Positions 49,870 through 59,186 of a stretch of DNA of 64,000 nt are shown here, in pieces; position 1 is the stretch's first letter; each line of letters starts with the position of its first letter. The notes under the pieces were generated by a model. That model worked only from the letters and a program-made list of their open reading frames with translations. It had not been told where the DNA came from and did not search any database. The position numbers and the translations under genes were made by a program. The DNA comes from an uncultured archaeon (GTDB lineage: Archaea; Asgardarchaeota; Thorarchaeia; Thorarchaeales; Thorarchaeaceae). The stretch is taken from positions 44,995 to 108,994 of the forward strand of contig CAZLEV010000013.1 of NCBI GenBank assembly GCA_964558645.1, given 5' to 3'.

Positions 49870-49986
49870 TATCTGAGGATGCTGGTGACCCGACACAGTA
49901 CAGACCTCGCAGAGCTGCCCCATTACCGTTACATCGATGTACGAAACTCTGGTGTCCAGGATCATACAACTTACAATGAACGATAA
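49870..49986 (+). repeat. Degenerate copy 4 of the 190-bp element (right half clear)
   Basis: 49917-49986 aligns without gaps to the element's last 70 nt (CGTTAC, CTCTGGTGTCCA, TACAATGAACG); GCTGGTGACCC upstream. Confidence 0.7.
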
Positions 49987-51360
49987 CTATCTGTACTTTC
50001 TCATAGCTAGTATGACCAAGACAACAATCACAGGGACTACAACCACAGAAATGAGTACAACAGGAGGTATTGAATGAAAAGAAGGAGTACTCGAGGCGGT
50101 AGTAGTTGTTGTAGTGGTTGTGATGGTACTGGTAGTTGTTGTGGTTGTGACATTAGTAATCGAAAGCGGATTTCCTGTGAAGTAGTCGGCCATTAGATAG
50201 AAGATTTCTGTGTTGTCAATCGTGTAGTTATCAGGTAGTGATTGGAGAGTACTTCCAAAACCATAGAGTGGGACAGGTACTGCGGTGTGATAGTCCGAGC
50301 TCCAAGATACCGTGATATTGTTTGCTCTCTCGATTCTGAGGCTACGATTCCCGCTTTCGTCCATCGATGAATCCGGAAGGGCTCCATTCAATGTTTCACT
50401 GATGACTGCAAGCCCACCAGTCTCATGGTCGGCTGTAACCAAGAGAATCGTGTTCGCGTTTGATTTCACATGTTCAATGGCAACACCCACGGCTTCGTCG
50501 AAGGCAATTGTGTCCAAGGCGTCATTGACTTTGTGGTTGTCATGCCCAGCATGGTCAATCCTGCCTCCCTCGACCATCAGAAAGAAACCATCTGAGTCCT
50601 GAGACAGCACATCAATTGACTTTTCAGTCATCTCTGCAAGTGAAGGGGTCTCACTAAAATCGCGATTTTTCTCGTAGTCCATATAAGAGTCGGAAAACAG
50701 GCCGAGAATCTTACCTGATGCCACGGATAGAAGTTGCGACCGATTCGTCACAATAGAATACCCATTCCCCTCCATGGTTGTCAACTGGGATCCAGTGAAA
50801 TACGAGGTCCCACCACCCAGGATTATATCAACACTAGTTTCTTCAACTAGCTGTCGGGATATCTCGCTGTAACTGGAGCGACTTTGAACGTGAGCGTAGA
50901 AGCCTGCAGGGGTTGCATGCTGGACAAAGCAGGTCGAAACCACACCGGTGGACTTGTTGAGTCCATGTGCAATCTCTAGGATAGTTTCAAGTGTTTCTCC
51001 GCCGGGGTTCATCGAGAGTAAACCGTTATTCGTCTTGAATCCCGTGGCCAATGCAGTGGCAGCAGCAGCTGAATCTGTGATCTCTTGGTCCTCACTGTGA
51101 GTCAGGACTGACGCAGTGAAGTCGTACCGCTCCATTTGCAGCGTGCCATTCCGACCCACCTCGATCCAACGTGCCAGTCTAACGTGTTCATAGCCCATCC
51201 CGTCACCAACCATCAGAATCACGCTCAGTGGTTCTTCTTCAATATCAGACTCCAGTGGAACTGCGATTGTCAGGGATGATATTGTGGCAAGAAGGCCTAC
51301 ACAGAACATGGTAACCAGCAATACGGAGATTGAACGCTGGGAAGGCATTCTCGAAGTCAT
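49987..51360 (-). CDS. phoA: Surface-anchored alkaline phosphatase
   Basis: GDGMG, TDSAAAATA, HATPA, EGGRIDHAGH, TADHETGG; poly-Thr linker, TM, RKYR. Confidence 0.93.
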   Translation of the reverse strand: MTSRMPSQRSISVLLVTMFCVGLLATISSLTIAVPLESDIEEEPLSVILMVGDGMGYEHVRLARWIEVGRNGTLQMERYDFTASVLTHSEDQEITDSAAAATALATGFKTNNGLLSMNPGGETLETILEIAHGLNKSTGVVSTCFVQHATPAGFYAHVQSRSSYSEISRQLVEETSVDIILGGGTSYFTGSQLTTMEGNGYSIVTNRSQLLSVASGKILGLFSDSYMDYEKNRDFSETPSLAEMTEKSIDVLSQDSDGFFLMVEGGRIDHAGHDNHKVNDALDTIAFDEAVGVAIEHVKSNANTILLVTADHETGGLAVISETLNGALPDSSMDESGNRSLRIERANNITVSWSSDYHTAVPVPLYGFGSTLQSLPDNYTIDNTEIFYLMADYFTGNPLSITNVTTTTTTSTITTTTTTTTASSTPSFHSIPPVVLISVVVVPVIVVLVILAMRKYR

Positions 51361-51496
51361 GATGGATGGTTGAATCTCTGTGTGTTAATGTGCATTACTG
51401 TAGCTGACCAAGATGCCATGTGTACAGAAAGGCAATCGGGAGGAAACACATATCTTGTGAAATGTTGAGAGAGAGCGTGATGGAGAGGTTTGCATC

Positions 51497-51910
51497 ATGA
51501 CATCGGACAACAACTGCGGAAAAGTCGTAGCAGTATGCTTCTTCACAATCTTTGTCGGGACGGCTTGGGGTATGGCAGGGTTGACTGCAGGGACAGGGGC
51601 ACCCAGCTTCTTTGCTATCATCCCGTTTGGTATGGGCATCTTTGGAATTGTGATGTGTATAGCTATCATGAAAGGCTCATCTGGTCATTCCGGCATATCG
51701 TATCCAACAACCTCGGGAGTCACCTCTTACTCCGATGGTAGCAGGTACTCGGAAAGAACGAGGGAACGCAGAGTCATCTATCAAGTCCCTCCACGATGTC
51801 CATCATGCGGTGCAGGCATCAATTCAGAGATTGTGGATTGGGTGGGACCGCTTCAGGCACAGTGTCCATACTGCAGGGCCACAATAGAAGTGATAGGCAG
51901 AGACCTCTAG
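51497..51910 (+). CDS. 2-TM protein with C-terminal Zn ribbon (same domain as 3523-4239)
   Basis: CPSCGA..DWVGPLQAQCPYC. Confidence 0.8.
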   Translation: MTSDNNCGKVVAVCFFTIFVGTAWGMAGLTAGTGAPSFFAIIPFGMGIFGIVMCIAIMKGSSGHSGISYPTTSGVTSYSDGSRYSERTRERRVIYQVPPRCPSCGAGINSEIVDWVGPLQAQCPYCRATIEVIGRDL

Positions 51911-51961
51911 CCGTTCCTGAGGAAAGTTATTATCGCGGGCAATGCCTTCATTCTTGTTAGG

Positions 51962-52543
51962 ATGATTAGAATGGGATACAGTGAGGGACACCTGAATCAA
52001 CTCCTTTCAGCGACATTCTACAAAGACAAGGGAATTGTTCTCTTCGGACATGGATTGATCTTCTCCCTTGCACAGCTGCCTGTCGGGTTCGCTGGGAGCT
52101 TTGTGCTAACCCTTGTCATTGTTCTCACGGCCCAACTGTTGGGATCATCCGCAGTCTATCTCGCGATATTTGTCTTCTATGCAGCGACCATCTTACTACT
52201 GGGAATAGCCAATGCAAAGCTATCCGAGTATATTTACGATGTTCGACCTGATTACGGTCCCTATCCCCTACTGATGCAGGGCCTTGTCCTGTTTGTCGCA
52301 TCCCAAATCTTGGTGAACCCATTGAGTGACCTGCTAGACGCCACTACAGATCCTCTCGTCGGGTATGCAATCATTATATTCCGCTACACTGTGATTGCCT
52401 TTGTCATTGGCATCCTGTGCTTCGCACTAGGAACTACCTTGGTGGAGGGAGCGAAAACCTCTGTATTCGGCCACAGTCCAGATAGGCACGAGGGGAACTA
52501 TAATCAGATAGAACCTGAAGAGAATCCGGATGATGACCAATAG
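51962..52543 (+). CDS. Hypothetical multi-TM membrane protein
   Basis: Four hydrophobic segments; acidic tail. Confidence 0.7.
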   Translation: MIRMGYSEGHLNQLLSATFYKDKGIVLFGHGLIFSLAQLPVGFAGSFVLTLVIVLTAQLLGSSAVYLAIFVFYAATILLLGIANAKLSEYIYDVRPDYGPYPLLMQGLVLFVASQILVNPLSDLLDATTDPLVGYAIIIFRYTVIAFVIGILCFALGTTLVEGAKTSVFGHSPDRHEGNYNQIEPEENPDDDQ

Positions 52544-52810
52544 AGTGCGGATCTATGGGACTAAGCATCTTCCTGTGAAGGCTGCCTGAACGGATCCAAA
52601 ACATATCAGTCAACGTGAATGCGGGCATGTATGGCTTTGACTCAGGGCCTGCTGACATGATTCTTGGACTTCACAAGGCTGATTGTCCATTCTCAATACA
52701 ACCTATGGTGAGAGAGGATCGGAGAGCCCCCCAGCTGTGTCGGTCTTGACTCCCCTCGTGTTAGTTCTTCCATTCACAGTATTGTTCTCACAGACTATCC
52801 ACATCCGGTG

Positions 52811-53000
52811 CAACCGTTCATTGTATATTGGATAAGCTTGGACACCAGAGGGTTGTCCCCCCAGGTAGCGGCACTGGGTAGTCTCTGTCGTGGTTAGCGA
52901 TGCTGTGTGGGTGACCAGCTCTCAATCATAGGTTGGAGGATATGGACTCCTACGCTGAAATGTCCAGCTTTGTCCACGTCTTCCGTAGCTGTTGGTCTAC
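52811..53000 (-). repeat. Dispersed non-coding element of about 190 bp, copy 3 (inverted)
   Basis: Reverse complement reads CAACAGCTACGGAAGACGTGGACAAAGCTGGACA...CTCTGGTGTCCAAGCTTATCCAATATACAATGAACGGTTG. Confidence 0.9.
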
Positions 53001-53013
53001 TCTGCGGGCGTCC

Positions 53014-53628
53014 TTATTGTTTCCTTTTCCATGTCACATATCTCTTGTAGAAGAGTACCAAGAATGAGATAGCGAACATCACGGTGAATAGACCAGAAAC
53101 CAGTGGATTGGCGAAGTCGGTACCAATCATGAGCCCATGGATATACGCTAAGACCAATCCCACATAGACTAGACCATGTACGAAACGCCAATACTTGGGG
53201 ACTGCGCGACGGGCAAATGCAGCCGCAAGGGCGAAATAGAAGAGATAGATTGCCGCTCGCCCTCCCAGAGATAGGAACGCCTCCAATGATGAGAAGACCG
53301 GGAAAAATACGGTCACATCCATACTAAGAATAGCCAGTGTTAGCGGGTGAACAGTTATGAGAATCATGCCTGCTGCAGCGAAGATGTGGTGTACTCCCAT
53401 GAAGGGGCGGGAGAAAATCTGGTAAATCTCTCTTGTGAACGCCGAGAGTACGGTGGAGAGAAAGAGAGAAGTAAAGCCTGCCAATGCAGAGAGACGAACG
53501 AGGGAACCAGTCCACTCTGGTGATGGATTCAGAAGTACGGGCAGAGAAACAACCACATAGAGCGCCAAGATGATCATGATAATCAGGCTCTTCCAAGTTC
53601 GATTACTGATTTTTGAGTCTGTAGTCAT
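53014..53628 (-). CDS. Ferric-reductase-like / MsrQ-like heme-b transmembrane protein
   Basis: 6 TM helices; His pairs VHHIF/VHPL and WRFVHGLVY/YIHG. Confidence 0.82.
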   Translation of the reverse strand: MTTDSKISNRTWKSLIIMIILALYVVVSLPVLLNPSPEWTGSLVRLSALAGFTSLFLSTVLSAFTREIYQIFSRPFMGVHHIFAAAGMILITVHPLTLAILSMDVTVFFPVFSSLEAFLSLGGRAAIYLFYFALAAAFARRAVPKYWRFVHGLVYVGLVLAYIHGLMIGTDFANPLVSGLFTVMFAISFLVLFYKRYVTWKRKQ

Positions 53629-53922
53629 ACGATTACCTCAAGTTTGGTTTCAGGTAGTGACATTGCAGTGATTCGGACAGTATTGAGGATTCCGACCGGC
53701 CTCTTGAATTATGTAAAGGGCGCCCATAGTATAGGCCTGTGCTCAAGAGTAGCAGTCACTGAAAATGAACGCATCGCTGTTGCGGTAATGCTGGTCAGTC
53801 AAACCACCATTCTTGTCGAAGTATTAGTGGCGAATTAGCCGTGCGACCTTAGCAGAGTCAGCTTGTATATCCAAGGATACATGAGGGGGCCATGCCCCGT
53901 GCAGATATACGATAGTGAAATC

Positions 53923-54570
53923 ATGAGGAGATTTGAAGACCGTGTTGAAGCAGGTAAGGAGCTCGCCGAGGAACTCACGAGCTATAAGGATGAAGATGAT
54001 GTATTGGTCCTAGGTCTCCCCCGTGGCGGAGTCCCGGTTGCCTATGAAGTAGCTAAGAATCTGAATGCACCTATGAACATACTCGTTGTTCGAAAACTGG
54101 GACTGCCATACAACGAAGAAGTGGCATTTGGAGCCATCGCGTCAGGAGGCATCAAGACGCTCAATGAGGATATGATGGAACGAGCAGGCCTTGACGAGAA
54201 CACGGTGGAACAAGTAGTCGAGAAAGAGAAGAAAGAACTCAAACGACGGCAGAAGGAGTATGGGAGCGGGCTATTGGAGGGGAACTTTGATGGCAAGACG
54301 ATAATCCTGGTTGATGACGGAATCGCAACTGGGGCGACCATGCGCGCGGCAATCAAGGGACTGAGGCAGATAAACGCAAAACGTATTATCTTAGCGGTGC
54401 CCACTGCACCCCCGGATGTTCTGAGAGAAATGAAATCCATGGTGGATGAGACCTTCAGTCTCATGACACCCTCGCCCTTCGGCGGAGTTGGTGCCTGGTA
54501 TCAAGATTTTGCCCAGACCACAGATGATGCGGTCAGGAATCTTCTAGAAAAGACAGAAAGGCTCAGCTAG
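53923..54570 (+). CDS. Phosphoribosyltransferase family protein
   Basis: FEDRVEAG, LGLPRGGVPV, LVDDGIATGATM, VGAWYQDF. Confidence 0.92.
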   Translation: MRRFEDRVEAGKELAEELTSYKDEDDVLVLGLPRGGVPVAYEVAKNLNAPMNILVVRKLGLPYNEEVAFGAIASGGIKTLNEDMMERAGLDENTVEQVVEKEKKELKRRQKEYGSGLLEGNFDGKTIILVDDGIATGATMRAAIKGLRQINAKRIILAVPTAPPDVLREMKSMVDETFSLMTPSPFGGVGAWYQDFAQTTDDAVRNLLEKTERLS

Positions 54571-54646
54571 GTTGTGAACGGCCAGTCGATTGTGCTCCGA
54601 TTGCGTTATTAGAGCTCGGACCTCAGAAGGAGAATGGGGACGGAAC

Positions 54647-55156
54647 ATGCCATTCACTCCATTCCATCTTGGTCCCGGCCTAGCAATCGGTCTTCCGATG
54701 AGAAGACATCTTCATGTACCGACATTCATAGCGGCCAGTGTCCTCGTCGATGTGGAGCCGTTGCTGGTTCTCATCCTTGGTTTCGACTATCCGCTCCACG
54801 GATATCTTCATACATTTCTGCTTGCTGTACCTGCAGGTCTTCTAATTGGACTTGTCCTTTTTGGACTTGAGAGATACCTTCAGCCCCTCTATTCGGCGCT
54901 CCTCCTTGAAACAGAGAGCATCTACAGCCTGAAGTCCTTTCTAGCTGCAGGCGCACTCGGGACGGGGTTGCACGTTCTGCTGGATACACCCCTCTACTCC
55001 GATATCACTCCTTTCTTCCCCATCATGGCAAATCCATTCTACAATCCCACACTAGCGCTAGAGATCTATGGTCTATGCGTGATTGCTGGTCTTCTAGGGA
55101 TTGTGTACTATCTTGGACTCGGAGTAATCTCCGTTTCCCGGAGCAATCGAGGATGA
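54647..55156 (+). CDS. Membrane-bound metal-dependent hydrolase (YdjM/DUF4184-like)
   Basis: MPFTPFHLGP, VDVEP, LHGYLHT, LHVLLD. Confidence 0.85.
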   Translation: MPFTPFHLGPGLAIGLPMRRHLHVPTFIAASVLVDVEPLLVLILGFDYPLHGYLHTFLLAVPAGLLIGLVLFGLERYLQPLYSALLLETESIYSLKSFLAAGALGTGLHVLLDTPLYSDITPFFPIMANPFYNPTLALEIYGLCVIAGLLGIVYYLGLGVISVSRSNRG

Positions 55157-55333
55157 TAAAGCCCGCGAGGAGGCGAACACCCATCTGTGTATCAGAGGGC
55201 TCTTTTCCGCCTGCATCACCTGTGCAGCCATCATCCATCTGGCAAGGACTTAGTTCTTCTAGAGATATGGAAGATTCTAAGCATCCTGAATTGCTGCGTT
55301 GCACCGCTTGTCGATCATGAGTGTCTGATTCTG

Positions 55334-55736
55334 TCAGTACTCGATAACAGTGAATCCCTCTATGGAACGGAAATGGGAGTCACACGCGACAAGGGGCAAG
55401 TTGTAATGAGAGGCTGTGGCTGCTATGATCACATCAGGATACGGAATCATGGTTCCCCTGCGGTATAAGATAGCATCCAGAAGCGCTGCCTCTCGGGCAA
55501 TTGCCGATGTGAAGTCCAGCTGCTCAAAGTGAGCTAGATCTACCAGGGCCTTGCGCATCTTCTCGTCCCTCGTCTTCTTGTCTAGATGGTGATAGAATAC
55601 TCCCCTAGGTATTCATGAGCCGTCACCACTGATACTGCCTTGACATCAGAGGTGCGGTCCAGTTGTTCTTCGAGGATATGGCGTTCTCATCACCGTTTGT
55701 CAGATCGATGAGGTAATTGGTATCAACGAGAGGCAC
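55334..55736 (-). pseudogene. vapC: VapC PIN-domain toxin disrupted by two frameshifts
   Basis: Three consecutive frames give MPLVDTNYLID.. / LEEQLDRTSDVKAVSVVTAHEYL / GVFYHH..PDVIIAATA..LVACDSHF; shifts at about 55675 and 55605. Confidence 0.85.
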
Positions 55737-55783
55737 CGACCGTCTCAATTCTCTTGTCGAGACAGGAGGGCCTCTGCCCGTTC

Positions 55784-55987
55784 CTAGTCCTTCTTAGCCC
55801 GCTCGTTCTTCAGCCTCCTCATCTCCAACCATTCATCAACCGTAAGTGTTGCAGAACCGGCAAGGTCTGCAATCTCCCCTCGATTCTTCATGAGCCTGCG
55901 GATGAGCTCGCTGAAGCTCTCGCCCTCTCTCTTCATACGTTTCAGGTCCCGATAGACATCGTCTGCAAGGGCAATGCTCTTTGCCAT
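55784..55987 (-). CDS. vapB: Archaeal VapB-type antitoxin (possibly nonsense-truncated)
   Basis: MAKSIALADDVYRDLKRMKREGESFSELIRRLM; directly upstream of vapC. Confidence 0.85.
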   Translation of the reverse strand: MAKSIALADDVYRDLKRMKREGESFSELIRRLMKNRGEIADLAGSATLTVDEWLEMRRLKNERAKKD

Positions 55988-56089
55988 GAGCATCAGCATA
56001 CAGATACATATGAGTACACATGAACTTGCTATCTCTTGGATTTGCTAGGCAAACCTTGAAACTGTGTTTCAGACGGCAGAACACCCCAG

Positions 56090-57076
56090 GGCTCTGTAAA
56101 ATAATTCATCCTGCGGCACACTCCAGGAGATTCAACTGGTGGATATTATGCAGGAGGACCTTGATCAGCAGTTCTCGCCGCTGCTCTCTGTATCCTCTCG
56201 ACCTCAGACTCCCGGTGAATCGTATCTTCAACATGCTGAACACGGTCTCCACCAGACTCCGCCGCCCATACTCATGCACCCGTTTCCACTCATCAGGGTC
56301 TGATCGATACTCCCTGATCACCTCCTTGTAGCCTCGATAGCCCCGTGACTGCGCCTTCAACCTCCTCTTCGGTTCAATGGCTGGATATGCTCCGATGTCA
56401 TGGACGTACTGGACATTCTCTCGGGAGATGTATGCCCTGTCACCATAGACATGGTCAAGTCTCTGCTGCGGCACTCGTCTCAGCAGGGCCACCAGATGTT
56501 TCGCATCGCCCCCGGGGCCAGCCTTGACTCTGACCCCATGGACCATGAGGGAGTCAGTGTCCACCGCTGCGTGGAGGGCCGTGAACCGCCGTCTCCGCGT
56601 CCTCTTGAACCGGACAGTCTGCCACTCGCCCCCGGTGGCGTGAGAGAACCCGGTGGCATCCACCGCGATCCGCCTGGGAGGGGGACGTCGCCGGGCAACG
56701 GTCTCGTACAGTCGGTGAAGGCCATGGGGCTCCAGTCGTTTCAGCGCTCCGTTGAGGAGGGTGTGACTGGGTGGTCGCTCCAACCCGAGTCGATGGAGGA
56801 GTTCTGGCTGAAAGGCCAGCCACGCCACGAAATCACGATAACCCATGCCGGAATCGAATTTGAGTCCGAAGAGGACAAACAACACCGGGAGGGGAAACTC
56901 CACTGGTCGGCCATAGCGAGACCTGACATCCGGAATGGTATTGCAAAGGCTCATAAGTTCTTGAAGCAGGAAGTGAAAGCGGCGAGCTTTGGCCGCTTCG
57001 TATGAGACGGTGTAATTCATAATTCATGTGATGCGGTCAAATTCGCCTCTGAATCCTTGTATTATTTTACAGAACC
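56090..57076 (-). mobile_element. IS5-family (IS903-like) insertion sequence, 987 bp
   Basis: TIRs GGCTCTGTAAAATAAT / ATTATTTTACAGAACC (15/16); 9-bp TSD ACACCCCAG at 56081-56089 and 57077-57085. Confidence 0.95.
56106..57020 (-). CDS. tnp: IS5-family DDE transposase
   Basis: AVDATG, LHAAVD, GDRAY, YGRRSLVETVFSMLK. Confidence 0.95.
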   Translation of the reverse strand: MNYTVSYEAAKARRFHFLLQELMSLCNTIPDVRSRYGRPVEFPLPVLFVLFGLKFDSGMGYRDFVAWLAFQPELLHRLGLERPPSHTLLNGALKRLEPHGLHRLYETVARRRPPPRRIAVDATGFSHATGGEWQTVRFKRTRRRRFTALHAAVDTDSLMVHGVRVKAGPGGDAKHLVALLRRVPQQRLDHVYGDRAYISRENVQYVHDIGAYPAIEPKRRLKAQSRGYRGYKEVIREYRSDPDEWKRVHEYGRRSLVETVFSMLKIRFTGSLRSRGYREQRRELLIKVLLHNIHQLNLLECAAG

Positions 57077-57110
57077 ACACCCCAGAGAAAGAATATAACA
57101 AGAATAGAGC

Positions 57111-57200
57111 CTGCACAGGATGATGACATTCTTACTTGACCAACTTCTCACCTGACATATCTGGGTACTGTGCGAGTCACACTTTCGACACGCTCGCCTC
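57111..57200 (+). repeat. Direct repeat of about 90 bp, copy A1
   Basis: CTGCACAGGATGATGAC...TGACATATCTG.GTACTGTGCGAGTCACACT shared with 58815-58901. Confidence 0.88.
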
Positions 57201-57489
57201 AGACATTAGTAGCAGCGGACTAAGCCTCTCGGCGAATCTCTTAGGATTCAAAGGATGTTGATTCAGGCATTGAGAACACCGATTCAGAATACTACTCACC
57301 TTGAGGTGGTGAATAGGACTTGATTTGTCTACCTAGCTCTGTCCCCCGAGTCTTTCACTATACCCACGGCAACGAGTTCTTTACCAGAACGACGGAGAAT
57401 ATGTGAAATAGTGGGTGTCTTGCAAAAGACCATAAAGAGCAAAATTGAAGATGCTACGTTGTTACCGTAGACTATGGAGGCCTGAAACC

Positions 57490-57921
57490 TTGCATCAAGA
57501 CATATCCCCCGATAAGGTCGCTAAGACCCTTGAGGAATCGATTCAACATAGCTCTGTCATAGCGTGCTATCTGTATGGATCATTTGCAAGAGGGGAAGCA
57601 ACCTCTCTGAGCGATCTGGACATTGCAATCCTCTGGGCAGAGAAAGCCTCTGTCAGGGTACGAAAGAGAGAATTGCTGCGATTATCGCAAGAGCTATCGG
57701 AACAGCTCGGGTATGAGGTGGATGTGAGAAGCCTGAATGAGGCATCTCTTGAGCTCCAGTTTCGGGTCGTAACAGAGGGCAAGGTAATATTCTGTGAAGA
57801 TAAGAGTAGAAGGCTCGAGTTCGAGGATCGAACAGTAATGCACTTTCTCGATTTCAAGCCAATGATAGCTATGTATAACCAGTACATGCATCACAGAATC
57901 AAGGAGACCGGCAGACTGTGA
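57490..57921 (+). CDS. mntA: Minimal nucleotidyltransferase antitoxin (MNT)
   Basis: YLYGSFARG..SDLDIAI, VDV; TTG start after GGAGG. Confidence 0.9.
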   Translation: MHQDISPDKVAKTLEESIQHSSVIACYLYGSFARGEATSLSDLDIAILWAEKASVRVRKRELLRLSQELSEQLGYEVDVRSLNEASLELQFRVVTEGKVIFCEDKSRRLEFEDRTVMHFLDFKPMIAMYNQYMHHRIKETGRL

Positions 57922-58349
57922 GTAACACGGGTGTCATCGATGCTAGACTGGCCAGACTGACGGCAACCGTGGGATTGCTTCGAAACATTGCTCAAGAGGA
58001 AAAGAGAGTCTTTCTTGAGGACAGAATCAGACTGGGAGCTGCGAAATACTACCTACTAGAGGCAATTCAGATCTGTCTCGATATTGGGAATCATATCATA
58101 GGATCTAGGGGTTGGGAGAGACCTCAGGACTATGCATCGGTGTTCGACATCCTTCAGAAGAATCAAGTCCTGCCCACTAGTCTCGCTGAGAAACTTGAAG
58201 AAATGGCAAGATTCAGGAACAGAATCGTACATCTCTATGGAGACTTCGACAATGAGATTCTATACTCAGTTCTCCAGGAGAATGTCGGAGATATCGATCT
58301 GTTCGCTCAATGTATTGTTCAATTCATCGAAGAAGGGCGAGATAAGTAG
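57918..58349 (+). CDS. hepT: HEPN/DUF86 ribonuclease toxin
   Basis: FRNRIVHLY (Rx4HxY); 4-nt overlap with mntA. Confidence 0.9.
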   Translation: MSNTGVIDARLARLTATVGLLRNIAQEEKRVFLEDRIRLGAAKYYLLEAIQICLDIGNHIIGSRGWERPQDYASVFDILQKNQVLPTSLAEKLEEMARFRNRIVHLYGDFDNEILYSVLQENVGDIDLFAQCIVQFIEEGRDK

Positions 58350-58544
58350 GACTAACAGAACAGGACTCTACCGCGTGGCAAACGCGATTCTCCCGACTCA
58401 ATGGCCAAACCTTTGTGACTCTGGCTACCATAGGAGGGTTCCAGCTTTGGGCTGGATCAGACACAGCTCGGGCGGGTGGAGCGGGGAATACGCACAGTTC
58501 AGCTATGGCTTCACAACCCAGGGCAGTCTCGTGTCTGAAACACC

Positions 58545-58802
58545 CTATCTTGCATCACCATTGCTCTTTGTGTATCGCCACAGGACAATACAGCCTATGG
58601 TGATGATGGGGATTACGATGAGTGCAGCCAGAATAAGCGGGTGCGGTAACGGTACTGGAGGCGGTGATACGATACCCTGCACGACTGTCACTTCCAAACC
58701 CAAATTCGGATGGTGTGCTATTGTGTCTTTCTCCGTATGTGTAGATCGATTCGAAGATGGACAGACAGGGAAACTGAGTGCTTGGTGGGACTTGGGGGGC
58801 AA
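58545..58802 (-). pseudogene. Probable orphan C-terminal remnant of a surface protein (Pro linker, TM, basic tail)
   Basis: LEVTVVQGIVSPPPVPLPHPLILAALIVIPIITIGCIVLWRYTK; no signal peptide; abuts repeat A2. Confidence 0.45.
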
Positions 58803-58814
58803 TCAGAAGTCAGT

Positions 58815-58901
58815 CTGCACAGGATGATGACGTCTTCACTTGACCCTCTTGCTTGACATATCTGTGTACTGTGCGAGTCACACTGCCGATACACTGGCCT
58901 C
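58815..58901 (+). repeat. Direct repeat of about 90 bp, copy A2
   Basis: About 80% identical to 57111-57200 with one 3-nt indel. Confidence 0.88.
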
Positions 58902-59186
58902 GGGAGTAAATCATCCTAGACAGCCACTTAGAGAGGATTAGCATCGAGCTTGATGAAACAGTGAAACCTCCCTCAATTCCAGAAACTTGAGGACGCCTTG
59001 ATTTCCTAGTCATTTTGTCAGAAAAACGTGTCAGATATGTGTAAGATTTCCTCCTTGCTGACATGTAGTCTTGAACACTCTCAGGGGAGGGATGGAACGC
59101 AGAAGTCTCTTACAGGTGACGTTCACTCACCATAGTGTAAGAAACGGATTATTCAGAATGTCCGATGCTGCTTTCGCCTGAACAAT

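Noticed and set aside
50095-50150. Low-complexity GTT/GTA repeats (also 8695-8735)
   Set aside because: They encode poly-Thr linkers of surface proteins, not independent repeat elements.
55745-55786. Pyrrolysine readthrough of the vapB TAG
   Set aside because: TAG terminates many intact genes here (for example hdrB and ahcY) and the partner toxin is a pseudogene, so a nonsense mutation is simpler.
58132-58827. 231-aa plus-strand ORF and other long overlapping or antisense ORFs (for example 56400-57005, 62912-63556, 41002-41547, 14370-14909)
   Set aside because: Shadow frames of well-supported genes, with no recognisable motifs.
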